From a virus (Duplodnaviria > Caudoviricetes): DNA of 39,611 bases. A model generated the notes under the pieces. That model did not search any database. It worked only from the letters and a program-made list of their open reading frames with translations, and was not told the origin of the DNA. The DNA is taken from IMG/VR virus record IMGVR_UViG_3300036798_000368, positions 1 through 39,611 of that record. One strand, given 5' to 3'. Each line of letters begins with the position of its first letter. Position 1 is the first letter of the stretch. Positions 16,450-25,661 of this stretch are shown piece by piece. Both the position numbers and the translations under genes were made by a program.

Positions 16450-18394
16450 AGAAGCCCCCCAGATCTCCGCCGCCAAAGGCGGGCGCCCCGCCGCCCTGCA
16501 GCGCCATCGCCAGCATGTTGGGGTCGACCGGCGGCGGCGCTTGTGGCTGGCTCTGGGCGAGCGCGCTCGCGAGCAAGTCCTGCTGGCTCGGGGGCGCGAC
16601 GTTCATGCTCTGCTGATCGGGACGCGGCGGGGGCAGCGGGACGGCCGCGGCAGCGGGACCGGCGGAGCCCACCACCGCCGGCTGTGGCGATGCCGGCGCG
16701 GCCGCCACGGTCGGCTGCGGCTTGTTGATATCGGCGATCGCCGTGGAGGTCGGAGGCAGCGCCACGGATGGCGCGCCGGGCGCGGGCGCACTGGCAAACT
16801 GATCGAAATAGGGGAGCGCCCCCTGACCTTGCTCCTGCCGCAAAAGCGCGCGCTGGAACGATCGCATCGCTGCCGGATCTCTCAAATTGAGATCATCGTT
16901 GACCCCGACCCCCATGGAATCGGCGACATGCTTGGCAGCCTCCATGTTGCCCGGCGTCCAACCCCTTTCGGCATCCGCGATGATCGATGCAGCGGTTGTC
17001 ATGCCGCCGCTGTATTTCCTCAGGGCGAGATCGCGCGCCGCACCGACACCGGCGCCGTATGACGGATAAACGGCTTGCGGGTCGCCCTGATCGGTGTTCT
17101 TGCTCGCGATAGTTCCAGGCTGGCCGATAAATTTGATGTTGAACGGATTGTTGTTTTCTGGATGCGTCAAGCCGGTGCCGCTGGCGACTGTCGAAGCCGC
17201 CGGCGCGGCGCCATCCTTATTGTAAGTTGGACCTAGCGCCGCCACTTGCGCCGGCGTCGCGTTGGGATTGTCCTGGATGAAATCCTGAACCGCATCCGGC
17301 GGCGCCCGCACGACGCTCCCCGCCGGGAAGGTTTCGGCCGCCACGACTCTTCCTGGGGCATTGCCGGCAATCGTCGCATAGCCGCCGCCCGGCGTCCGCT
17401 CGCCGGTCGCAATCCCGACATGGCCGCCGGTCGCGCCGACCGCGGCGCCTTGCGGATTGATGACAATATCGCCGGGTTGCACCTGTCCCGGCGTTTCCGG
17501 CTCGCCCCATCGCGCATAATTCGTCGCGACATTCCGATTGATGCCATCGGCGAGTTGCGGCATTCCGGCTTGCCTGAGCGTCGAATCGACGAAGGCCGCG
17601 CACCAGGCGTTGGTCTTTGGGTCGAGATTGACGCCGCCGTTGTGGAAATAATCGCCGATCGCCGCCGCGCTCATCCCTTGCTGCGATGCGGCGAGCTTGA
17701 CCATGCTCTTGACCGCGTCGGGGAGCATCGCGGTCGTCACCGCGGCGGACACGTTTCCTTGCGCCATGATCGGCAATGACGTTCCGCCGCCGATCGAAAA
17801 AGGCGCCGAACCACGTATGCCGAGGCCTTGCCCGATGAGCGGATTTGGACCGCCGGCGGGGCCGACCGCCGGGGTGGTGATCGGCGCCGCGCCGGGATAG
17901 GGTGACGGCGGCGCGGCCGCGCCAGGGGCAACGGCTGGCGCCGCTCCCGGCCTCCCGCCACGCGGCTGCAAAGTGGGGAGCGCCGGAACAGCATTGGCCC
18001 TTGCCGCGTTTTCCTGCTCCTGCTTCCGCTTTTCCGCGAGGTCCGAGAGCATCTGCTCGATGCCCTGGCCGAGCTTTTGCAGCCCGGCGGCCTTATACTC
18101 GCCGCCGAGACTTCCCCCAGCGCCCCTCACCGGACCTGGCACCTGCTGCTCCGCTGCGCCCCGCTCGCCGGGGCTCGGCGCAGGAGGCGCAGGCCGGAAT
18201 CTTGGTATAGTCAGTTCGGTCGGGATCGCCCCCCGAAACCCGAACGAGGAGACGTTCGGCCGGATGATCCCGCCGAGCGCCTCGCCGGCATAATTCGGCG
18301 TCGCCGCGACGGCGCGCCCCGGCGCGAGGCCGCCCCCTCGGGAACGCCCCTGCAACCGGTCGAGATAGTCTTGGACCTCTGGATTGACGAGCAT
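16442..18394 (-). CDS. Virion protein with CHAP-like and lysozyme-like domains
   Basis: AWCAAFV...PGDIV...GHVG...GN (Cys/His); second domain NNNPFNIKF. Confidence 0.7.
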   Translation of the reverse strand: MLVNPEVQDYLDRLQGRSRGGGLAPGRAVAATPNYAGEALGGIIRPNVSSFGFRGAIPTELTIPRFRPAPPAPSPGERGAAEQQVPGPVRGAGGSLGGEYKAAGLQKLGQGIEQMLSDLAEKRKQEQENAARANAVPALPTLQPRGGRPGAAPAVAPGAAAPPSPYPGAAPITTPAVGPAGGPNPLIGQGLGIRGSAPFSIGGGTSLPIMAQGNVSAAVTTAMLPDAVKSMVKLAASQQGMSAAAIGDYFHNGGVNLDPKTNAWCAAFVDSTLRQAGMPQLADGINRNVATNYARWGEPETPGQVQPGDIVINPQGAAVGATGGHVGIATGERTPGGGYATIAGNAPGRVVAAETFPAGSVVRAPPDAVQDFIQDNPNATPAQVAALGPTYNKDGAAPAASTVASGTGLTHPENNNPFNIKFIGQPGTIASKNTDQGDPQAVYPSYGAGVGAARDLALRKYSGGMTTAASIIADAERGWTPGNMEAAKHVADSMGVGVNDDLNLRDPAAMRSFQRALLRQEQGQGALPYFDQFASAPAPGAPSVALPPTSTAIADINKPQPTVAAAPASPQPAVVGSAGPAAAAVPLPPPRPDQQSMNVAPPSQQDLLASALAQSQPQAPPPVDPNMLAMALQGGGAPAFGGGDLGGFFG

Positions 18395-18397
18395 GTC

Positions 18398-18814
18398 TCA
18401 ATATCCGCCATACCCGCCGCCGGCGCTTTGCCCGAGGCCGAAGCCGAATGGCAGATAGGGCTGCTGGGCGGCGCCCGGAGCCCCGAGGGCCGGGACTCCT
18501 TGGCCGGCGACCCCGCTCGGCGGCATGACCCCTGGCCCCGGCGGCAGGCCGATCGGCGCGTTGGCCGTTGGGGCTTGCGCGGACGGCACCACCATCGCCG
18601 AGGGAATCCCCGGCGTTCCGGCGAAAGAGCCGGATGGCGGCGCCGCCATCATCGCGGCCCCTTGGCCGGGGGCGCCGCCGTCGCCGCCATAGGACGACGA
18701 TCCCGGCGCCGTCGCGGCGCCGCCGGGGCCCGGCGCAGCCGCCGGCGCCCGGTAATTCGCCAAGGCCGCGGCCAGCGGATTGACGTTCGGTCCGTATCGC
18801 GAAAAGTCCACCAT
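18398..18814 (-). CDS. Ala/Gly/Pro-rich hypothetical virion protein
   Basis: Fills the gap between coupled late genes. Confidence 0.55.
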   Translation of the reverse strand: MVDFSRYGPNVNPLAAALANYRAPAAAPGPGGAATAPGSSSYGGDGGAPGQGAAMMAAPPSGSFAGTPGIPSAMVVPSAQAPTANAPIGLPPGPGVMPPSGVAGQGVPALGAPGAAQQPYLPFGFGLGQSAGGGYGGY

Positions 18815-19825
18815 TTAAGCCGCCCTCGTGTTGATGACCCGGTGCCCGCCGATCCCAAAAGTGGAACCGGGGAATTTTTTCTCAACGTCTTGGGCCATCG
18901 GCCCGACTGATTTCGGATAAGTCTTCGGATCGCCTTTGTAGCGATAGGCGTACATGTCGACGCCGCGATGCTTGCCCAATTTTTCGATGTCGGTCTTGTC
19001 GCGGCGGTCCGACTTTAAAAGGCCGCCGAGCACACTGCCGCCGAGGCCGAACAGGCCGCCCATCATTTGCGATTGGGCCTGGACCTGCGCGTCATATTGC
19101 TGGGTCTGATCGCCGTAAATCGAGGTGACGAGATTGGCGTAGGGCGCCGGCTGCACCGTTTGCTGCGACGTCGGGGCGAGCGTCCCGATGCCGGGCTGGC
19201 CGACCTGCGACCCGGATTGCAGGGCGTTGAGGGCGTTCAAAGGCTCGTTATATTGCGCCAGGATGTCCTGGACCGCGGTGTTCTGCCCTTGCAGATACAT
19301 GTTGTTGTAGGTGTTCGCCTTGTTTAGGCCGAACTGGGTTTGCTGATAGTTCCAGCCCTCCGAGCCGGGCGTCAGGCCTTGATTGGCGAGCTGTTGGTTG
19401 AGCTCCGTCTGGGCCTGCTTGAACTGCGGATCGAGGGTCTGGGTGTTCAATTTATCGAGATAGGCCGCGGTCGCGTTCGGCCCGAGATCGACGTTGCTCG
19501 AGAGCATGTTCTGGACGTTCGTCCCAAGCGTCCCGGCGGTGTTCGCGGAGGTCTGGGCGTTGGCGATTTGCTGGTTGGAGAGGGCTTGCATTTCCGGCGA
19601 CAAGGTGGTCGTCGCCACGGTGGTCGGGACGTTCCGCATCCCGCCCGGCGTCCAGATCGGCGTCGTCTGTCCGGACGGCGTATAGGTCAGCGTGCCGTAG
19701 GGCGTCACCTGGTTGGTGTTATTCAGGATTTGGGTCTCTCGGGCGGCGGCGAAATTCCAGTCGCCTTGGACTGCGGCAGCGGCCGCGGGATCGGGGGCCG
19801 GAGGGGGTGAGGGCGCGCTACCCAT
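18815..19825 (-). CDS. Ejection/pilot-like protein with a C-terminal peptidase S74-type chaperone domain
   Basis: NTNQVTPYGTLTY; Gln-rich; SDRRDKTDI...YRYKGD...GPMAQDVE. Confidence 0.7.
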   Translation of the reverse strand: MGSAPSPPPAPDPAAAAAVQGDWNFAAARETQILNNTNQVTPYGTLTYTPSGQTTPIWTPGGMRNVPTTVATTTLSPEMQALSNQQIANAQTSANTAGTLGTNVQNMLSSNVDLGPNATAAYLDKLNTQTLDPQFKQAQTELNQQLANQGLTPGSEGWNYQQTQFGLNKANTYNNMYLQGQNTAVQDILAQYNEPLNALNALQSGSQVGQPGIGTLAPTSQQTVQPAPYANLVTSIYGDQTQQYDAQVQAQSQMMGGLFGLGGSVLGGLLKSDRRDKTDIEKLGKHRGVDMYAYRYKGDPKTYPKSVGPMAQDVEKKFPGSTFGIGGHRVINTRAA

Positions 19826-20231
19826 GGCGGACATCCTTTGCGATTTTTTGTTCGGATCGGAGCAGCCCATAGACAAGCCCATCGGCTTCGCCGAAATGCT
19901 CGCGCAGCCTTCCCTCCCATTTGAACCCGAGCTGCCGCAGCGCGCGGCGCGCGGCGAGATTGTCTTCCGCGGTGACCGCGGTGCATCGCCGGCACCCGAG
20001 CTGGGAGAACGCGTAGCGGGCGACGAAACGGGCGTCCCGCATCCCGATCGGGGCCGAGAGAACGCAGGTAAAATGCACGTCTTGCTGATCATAGTTATTG
20101 AACACGATCGCCCCGATCGTCTGTTGTCGTTCATTCGTCACGAGGAGGCCGCAGAACGGCTCGCACAGCTTGCGCAGGAGCGCCGCCTCGATGATCGCCC
20201 TGGCCTGATCATTGTCGCAAAAGATGGTCAT
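19818..20231 (-). CDS. GNAT-family acetyltransferase
   Basis: YAFSQLGCRRCT...NLAARRALRQLGFKWEGRLR. Confidence 0.8.
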   Translation of the reverse strand: MTIFCDNDQARAIIEAALLRKLCEPFCGLLVTNERQQTIGAIVFNNYDQQDVHFTCVLSAPIGMRDARFVARYAFSQLGCRRCTAVTAEDNLAARRALRQLGFKWEGRLREHFGEADGLVYGLLRSEQKIAKDVRHG

Positions 20232-21841
20232 CCAAGCAGGTTCCCGGTTTCGAAAAGCACATCAATATTGGTCAACCCGACCGAGGGCGTCGCGACCTGA
20301 TCGAAGGTCAATTGGATCACCGGCGAGATCGTCGCGCCGATGGCCGGCGCCGAAAGCCAGCCCTGCGCCAACACCGTCGTCGTCGGCCACACATCGACCC
20401 CCCACAGCGCCACCCCCCACTCCGCGCCGGTGAGCGTTTGCGGGGCCGCCGCCGGCGGCAGCGGGATCGTCTTGTCGTAATCGACTTTCATCGTGACTTG
20501 CGGGTTAACCGCGCCGAACGTCACCATCCGCGGCCGCGCCATCTTGGTTTGTTTCCGCTCCGCGCTTTGGGAGAGAGACGCGAAGTTGTAATCGGTCTTG
20601 GCCATGTCCGAATAGGACGGGAAGATCGTCATAGTGTACGGATGGCCATCGTCCTGGCCGCCGCTCTCGCCCTGCATCACCCTTCCGTCCGACGTGCCGT
20701 AAAGCAATTGGTCGTTGTTGCTGCCGCCGACCTCGAAGCATTGCGCGTCCCAGCCGACATAACGGCACCACGCGCCAGTGCGGCCATTGGCGACAAATTG
20801 GGTGTTCACGCTGGAGCCGACCTGCGGCAGATTAACGATCACCATCGTCTTCAGGGGCCATTCGAGGATTTGCCAATTGGTGAGCCCGGCGCGCGCCGCG
20901 ACCGCGCTCTGCCAGGCCGGCTGGATCGCGTTGGTGACCGCGGTATTCTGCAGCGCGATCTCCTCGGTCGTTGCGACCTGTGAGATCGCGACGATCCCGG
21001 CGACCGTCACGATCGCGAGATCGCCGCCCGCCTGCATCAGGCAGCGCGGCCCGACCGGCTGCGGAATCTTGTAGACCCCCATCAGGGACCAGGTCAGGGC
21101 CGGGGTGGTGCCGGAGAAGATCGCCGCCTCGCCCTGATCGGTGATGAACACGTTCGCGAACTGGAGGCCGCTCGCCGTCTGGATCGTCCAGGTACCCCCG
21201 GCGATGAGCGAGCCGCCGCGCTTGAAGATCGGCTGCATCGGATAGACCGAGATCGGGCCGCCGATCGCGCTGCCCGGCAGATACCAGGCATTGAGGGAAT
21301 TTCCCTGCAGCGCCCAGACGTTGCTCTCGAACACCCAGAGATAATTCAAAGGCGCTCCGGTGAGCCCGGTGATCGCCGGGGTTATCCCCCAGGAGGTGCC
21401 ATTGTAGAGCTGGACCGGATCGACGCCGTTGGCGGCCATCAGGGTCGGGGCGCCGCTCGCCGCGAAAAGGATATAGGAAAACGGCGCGCTCGGGTTCAGC
21501 CCGGAGACCAGCGCGGCGCCAACCGTCCCGAGACTGGTGACATCGTAAATATTCCCCTGGCAGGCGGCAAACAGCTTGTACACGCCATTGCCTCTATATG
21601 GCATAAGCGTGGTGACCACCGCGTTCGGCATACCGCTGGCGAACACCGAGGCGCCGCCGCGCGCGCGGACGAAATCGACCTCCGGGAAGGCGTTTTCTAA
21701 GAGAACCGCGGTCTGGTCCGGGGCGAGAGCCAAGGGGGCGCCGACATACCAGCCCTTGATCGGCGCGACGAGGGTCCGCGACACCGCGATTTGCGAACGC
21801 GGCTCTTGCTTGGATTTGTCGAGAAGGCCGGTCTGCAGCAT
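20228..21841 (-). CDS. Tail tube / packaged-DNA stabilisation protein (P22 gp10-like position)
   Basis: 537 aa, beta-rich; follows the head-tail adaptor. Confidence 0.65.
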   Translation of the reverse strand: MLQTGLLDKSKQEPRSQIAVSRTLVAPIKGWYVGAPLALAPDQTAVLLENAFPEVDFVRARGGASVFASGMPNAVVTTLMPYRGNGVYKLFAACQGNIYDVTSLGTVGAALVSGLNPSAPFSYILFAASGAPTLMAANGVDPVQLYNGTSWGITPAITGLTGAPLNYLWVFESNVWALQGNSLNAWYLPGSAIGGPISVYPMQPIFKRGGSLIAGGTWTIQTASGLQFANVFITDQGEAAIFSGTTPALTWSLMGVYKIPQPVGPRCLMQAGGDLAIVTVAGIVAISQVATTEEIALQNTAVTNAIQPAWQSAVAARAGLTNWQILEWPLKTMVIVNLPQVGSSVNTQFVANGRTGAWCRYVGWDAQCFEVGGSNNDQLLYGTSDGRVMQGESGGQDDGHPYTMTIFPSYSDMAKTDYNFASLSQSAERKQTKMARPRMVTFGAVNPQVTMKVDYDKTIPLPPAAAPQTLTGAEWGVALWGVDVWPTTTVLAQGWLSAPAIGATISPVIQLTFDQVATPSVGLTNIDVLFETGNLLG

Positions 21842-21845
21842 CGCG

Positions 21846-22580
21846 TCACCCCGGCAGGCGCGAGGTGAGATCGGTAATGATTCCGAGATAGGTTTGCTCA
21901 CCGAGAACGACCTTGCGGGACATGTTGACGACCCGCTCGGTCTGTTGCTGCCCGGCGTTGCGGGCGAGCGACACTTCATAGCCGCGGAATTCCTCGGCGT
22001 ATTGCAGGCCCTTGGCCGCCTTCCAGCGCCAGATGACGCCCTTCAGCACGGTGTCTTCGTTGATCAACGAAAAATCGCTGTCGGCGAGCCAGGACGCTTG
22101 CGATGCGGTCCGCGCCGCATTCATGATCCAAAACGACGAGTAATAGTTGAAGGTGACGAGCTCGCCGGCGGACAGCGCCGGCCAGATTTCGAGCGCGCCG
22201 CCGATGATCCGCCACACCGGGCGCACCGTCGAGGCGGGGAGCGCCTTCAGCATGTTTAAATCTTCGGTGTTGATCGGCCCAAACAATGGGAGGAGCGGGA
22301 ATTTGGTCGAGACCAGGGCGCCGCGCGGGCTCTTGTCGCTTGGGCTAAACCGATCCCAATCGAGCGGCAATTGAAAGAGCGTCGAGGTGCCGTCGCCGGT
22401 CACCGAGCCCGGGGTATCGAGGTTGACCCAATTCGCCCGTTCCATCAGCTCGCGACCGGCATCCTCGGCGAACGCGACCAGCTGCTGAATGTCCGGGTTG
22501 ATGCTCGCGACCGCCTGCGTCGGCACGGAAGAGAACCCGCACCGCATCGCCGCTTTCTGGACTATCGAGAGAATGGACAC
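21846..22580 (-). CDS. Head-tail adaptor protein
   Basis: MSILSIVQ...LPLDWDRF...WRWKAAKGLQYAEEF; synteny. Confidence 0.7.
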   Translation of the reverse strand: MSILSIVQKAAMRCGFSSVPTQAVASINPDIQQLVAFAEDAGRELMERANWVNLDTPGSVTGDGTSTLFQLPLDWDRFSPSDKSPRGALVSTKFPLLPLFGPINTEDLNMLKALPASTVRPVWRIIGGALEIWPALSAGELVTFNYYSSFWIMNAARTASQASWLADSDFSLINEDTVLKGVIWRWKAAKGLQYAEEFRGYEVSLARNAGQQQTERVVNMSRKVVLGEQTYLGIITDLTSRLPG

Positions 22581-22600
22581 GATTCACGCCTGTCCCCATC

Positions 22601-22783
22601 CTAGAGCGTCGCGATCTGCGTCCCCAATGCCGTCACGATCGCCTGCAGCGCCGCCTGCAATTCGATCAGATTCGCCTTCATCGCCGGCGCGCCGCCGGCG
22701 GCCAGCACGCCCTGCGCCTGGCACATCGTAATCAAGGGCTGGACGACGCTGTTCGCTTTGAGGGTAATCCTTCCGCTCGCCAT
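22601..22783 (-). CDS. Small hypothetical protein
   Basis: GGAGG RBS; late operon. Confidence 0.55.
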   Translation of the reverse strand: MASGRITLKANSVVQPLITMCQAQGVLAAGGAPAMKANLIELQAALQAIVTALGTQIATL

Positions 22784-22784
22784 G

Positions 22785-23411
22785 TCAGGCCTCCATGGCC
22801 GGCGCCGGCCGGGCGGCCGGGCGGCGGCGTTTCGGTGGCCGCGCCTTCGCGGCCGGCTTGGCCTTCTCCAATTGCGCCAGCCTGGCGGAAAGCGCCTTGA
22901 GGTCTTCGCGCAACCGATGGTTTTCGGCGGCGTAACGGGCCGCCGCCGCGCCGTCCGCTGCGGACTTCAGCCATGCCGCGGCGCGATCCCGCCAGGCCCG
23001 CCCGTCCGCGATCCGGTCCAAATGGACATCCGCCACCGAGGCCAGGTCATCGACGGAAAGGATATTCAAAAATTCCATTTCCTTGATGAAGCTCGGCGTG
23101 GCGAGCGGCCATTTGGCGAGCGGCGTCCCGTTGACGAGGGCGCGCCCCTTGCTTTTCCATTTGCTATAAGCTTCTTCGAATCGCGCCTTGATCGCCTCAT
23201 TGACCGGATGCACGGCGACCGAAAGAGCGTCGCCGGCGACGTGAATGCGGACCCGCTCCATGTCCTGATAGATCGCGCGGCCGGCCTTTTCCGAGGCGCC
23301 CGGATCGATCACCGACTCGACAAAGAAGACCGGCGTCACCCCTTTGTTGTGCGGCGCGTAATCGACCCCACCCCATTCGTTGACCGAAGCGAAGGCATCT
23401 TGCTGATACAT
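22785..23411 (-). CDS. Conserved phage head-region hypothetical protein
   Basis: GRAIYQDMERVRI...GTPLAKWP...NILSVDDLASV; synteny. Confidence 0.7.
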   Translation of the reverse strand: MYQQDAFASVNEWGGVDYAPHNKGVTPVFFVESVIDPGASEKAGRAIYQDMERVRIHVAGDALSVAVHPVNEAIKARFEEAYSKWKSKGRALVNGTPLAKWPLATPSFIKEMEFLNILSVDDLASVADVHLDRIADGRAWRDRAAAWLKSAADGAAAARYAAENHRLREDLKALSARLAQLEKAKPAAKARPPKRRRPAARPAPAMEA

Positions 23412-23426
23412 CGGCGCCCTTCGCGG

Positions 23427-24464
23427 TTAGCTTGTCGCCGTCGAGAAATAGGGCCAGCGGAGAAACGCCTCGAGGTAATTCGGCGCCGCCACCGTCGGCG
23501 CCGCGACCGTCACATTGATGTTGGCGGCCGACGCCGTGGCATTGGCCGACAGGGTGATCGTATAGGGCGCCGAATTGCCCTGAATCTTTTGAATGACCGA
23601 GCCCGCGGCGATGCCGGTGCCGGCGACGATCTGATTGGGATAGAGCCCGGCGATCGAGGTCACATTGGTCAAGACCGGCGAGCCTGAGGCCGTGGTGACA
23701 TAGGTCGAGCCGTTGGCGGCGGTGATCGCGACCGCGGTGCCGGTGGCGGTCGCCGGGACGTTCATCGTCACGGTGCCGTTGCCGATGTCTTGGATGACCG
23801 CGCCGGTCGGAATGCCGGTGCCGGACAGGGTCTGGCCGCGGACGAGGAATAGGAACGAGGAGACGTTGGAGAGCATCACCGAGCCGGCGACCGTGTTGGC
23901 GTTGAACCCATCCGACTGCGCGCAACTCGCGATCGTCCCGAGCGGCACCTGGTTCGAATGCGTCCCGGCGGCGACGAATCCGATGCCGCCTTTCATCGCG
24001 GCATCGACGGAATCGGTCACCGGCTGGGTCGCTTGGGTGGTGATCGTTCCGGTTTTGAGGAGCGAGGTGCCGGCCCGCTGCGCCCAGATTCCATAAGTTC
24101 CGGCGGCCGGCGCGGTAAACGACCAGACGTTGCCGGCCGCTGGCGCGGCGGCGGCATCGCCGACCCTTCCGCCGAGGAAGATCGTCCCGACGCTCATCCC
24201 GACCGGATAGGCGCCGGCGACCGCCTGCGCCCCGGTGACCTGCGCCCTATAGCCGTTGTCCCAACAGACCGCGTCGCCCTGATTGACGGTCTGCCCGGCC
24301 GCCATGTCGAGATAAAGAAAGGTGAATTCGCTTTCCGAGTCGCCCTCGGTGACGACGCCTGCCTTCCACCCGGGCAGCGGCGTGGTGCCGACCGCCCCGT
24401 AGGGCCCCTCGGGCAGGTAGATCTTGGGGCCGGCGTATTCGTATTGTAGCTGGGCGATGGTCAT
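23427..24464 (-). CDS. Capsid decoration/cement-like protein
   Basis: TGATG coupling to the capsid gene; duplicated GQ.(L/V).GTGI..G.VI beta modules. Confidence 0.6.
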   Translation of the reverse strand: MTIAQLQYEYAGPKIYLPEGPYGAVGTTPLPGWKAGVVTEGDSESEFTFLYLDMAAGQTVNQGDAVCWDNGYRAQVTGAQAVAGAYPVGMSVGTIFLGGRVGDAAAAPAAGNVWSFTAPAAGTYGIWAQRAGTSLLKTGTITTQATQPVTDSVDAAMKGGIGFVAAGTHSNQVPLGTIASCAQSDGFNANTVAGSVMLSNVSSFLFLVRGQTLSGTGIPTGAVIQDIGNGTVTMNVPATATGTAVAITAANGSTYVTTASGSPVLTNVTSIAGLYPNQIVAGTGIAAGSVIQKIQGNSAPYTITLSANATASAANINVTVAAPTVAAPNYLEAFLRWPYFSTATS

Positions 24465-25468
24465 CAGAAGAGCACTCCTTGCAGGCTGGAGTTTGAGACC
24501 GTCATGTTGCCAGCCCACGCATAGAGCCGCACGATGGCGTCTTGGTTGACGTTGGCGCGGTCGCCGCCGATCACCTTGAAATTGCGCTCGCTCGACGGCC
24601 GATAATAGAGATAATCGGTATTGACGAAGTACATCGTGTTGACCGGGATTTGCCCGTTCTTGCCGCCATCAAGAACAACATCGACCGACTTGCCGGCGCC
24701 GTAATATTTGAGGCTCGTGAAGCCGGCGCCGACGTCTTTCTCGTCCCCAATGCCGGTGATCCGCTGGATCGTCTGGAGGGTCGCGAGATAAGCGAGATAG
24801 AAATTGTTGTCGGCGACGATCAGGTCGATGCCGTCGGTGTTGCGCTTCAGCGAGACGGTGGTCGAATTCATGTAGCTTTGGATGTTCGAGCTAGTCACCG
24901 GGCCGCGGGAATCGACCGCCGAATTGACCGCCAGATTCTGCCACCAGAGTTGGGCCGCGCGGTCGATGCCGCCGACTACCCCGGAGGTCGGGGCCTTGGA
25001 GATTAAGAGCGCGAGGCCGCCGATCTGCTTGCCGCCGAATCCGGTCCCGTCCGAATAGATCGATGCGGACATTTGATTCCAGAAGGTATCCTCGGCGGTA
25101 TCAACACGGGCGCGAACCAGCTCGATCATCGCCTCCTCGCCGGAGTTCTGGATCTCCTCGAGGCCGGAGATCACCACCGCGATCGCCGCCTGCTTGATCG
25201 CGTAGCGCGACGCGGTCATCGTGTCGTTGAGCGCAATATTCAGGGGCTCATAGCCGGAATACCAGAGGAAGGTCTGATTCTGCGCGTAGCGCAATTCCTG
25301 CATGATCTCGCGGCCGCCGTGAAACGGCGTTTGGCGGCCGCGCCTCCTCAAAAAATCCAGGAGCGCGTTGTTGTTGGTGATGTTGTCGGCGAGTTTCTTC
25401 GAGCGATTCTCGAGGGTGGTGGTGACCACGTCGCCCCAATCGACGGAGGTAACTAACGGAGAGGCCAT
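24464..25468 (-). CDS. Major capsid protein
   Basis: TTLENRSKKLADNITNNNALL...YSGYEPL...QAAIAVVISGLE...WAGNMTVSNSSLQGVL. Confidence 0.88.
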   Translation of the reverse strand: MASPLVTSVDWGDVVTTTLENRSKKLADNITNNNALLDFLRRRGRQTPFHGGREIMQELRYAQNQTFLWYSGYEPLNIALNDTMTASRYAIKQAAIAVVISGLEEIQNSGEEAMIELVRARVDTAEDTFWNQMSASIYSDGTGFGGKQIGGLALLISKAPTSGVVGGIDRAAQLWWQNLAVNSAVDSRGPVTSSNIQSYMNSTTVSLKRNTDGIDLIVADNNFYLAYLATLQTIQRITGIGDEKDVGAGFTSLKYYGAGKSVDVVLDGGKNGQIPVNTMYFVNTDYLYYRPSSERNFKVIGGDRANVNQDAIVRLYAWAGNMTVSNSSLQGVLF

Positions 25469-25631
25469 GGCTCAAGCCTTTTGGCGCAAATTGCGAGGTT
25501 TGATGGGAGATCGCCGTTCCGGGGGCGAGCCATGCGCGGATGAAGCGCCATTACCGGCCGCGGGCTTGACTCCGCGCGCGCCGGCTATCGGACCATGGGG
25601 GCTTGAGTCGGCCCATTTCCCGATTGCGAAT

Positions 25632-25661
25632 ATTCTACTGTGTTAAAACGAAATCTGTCAA
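25632..25661 (-). promoter_or_regulatory. Sigma70-type promoter for the capsid gene
   Basis: TTGACA-N18-TAGAAT on the - strand, about 160 nt upstream of the ATG. Confidence 0.55.
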
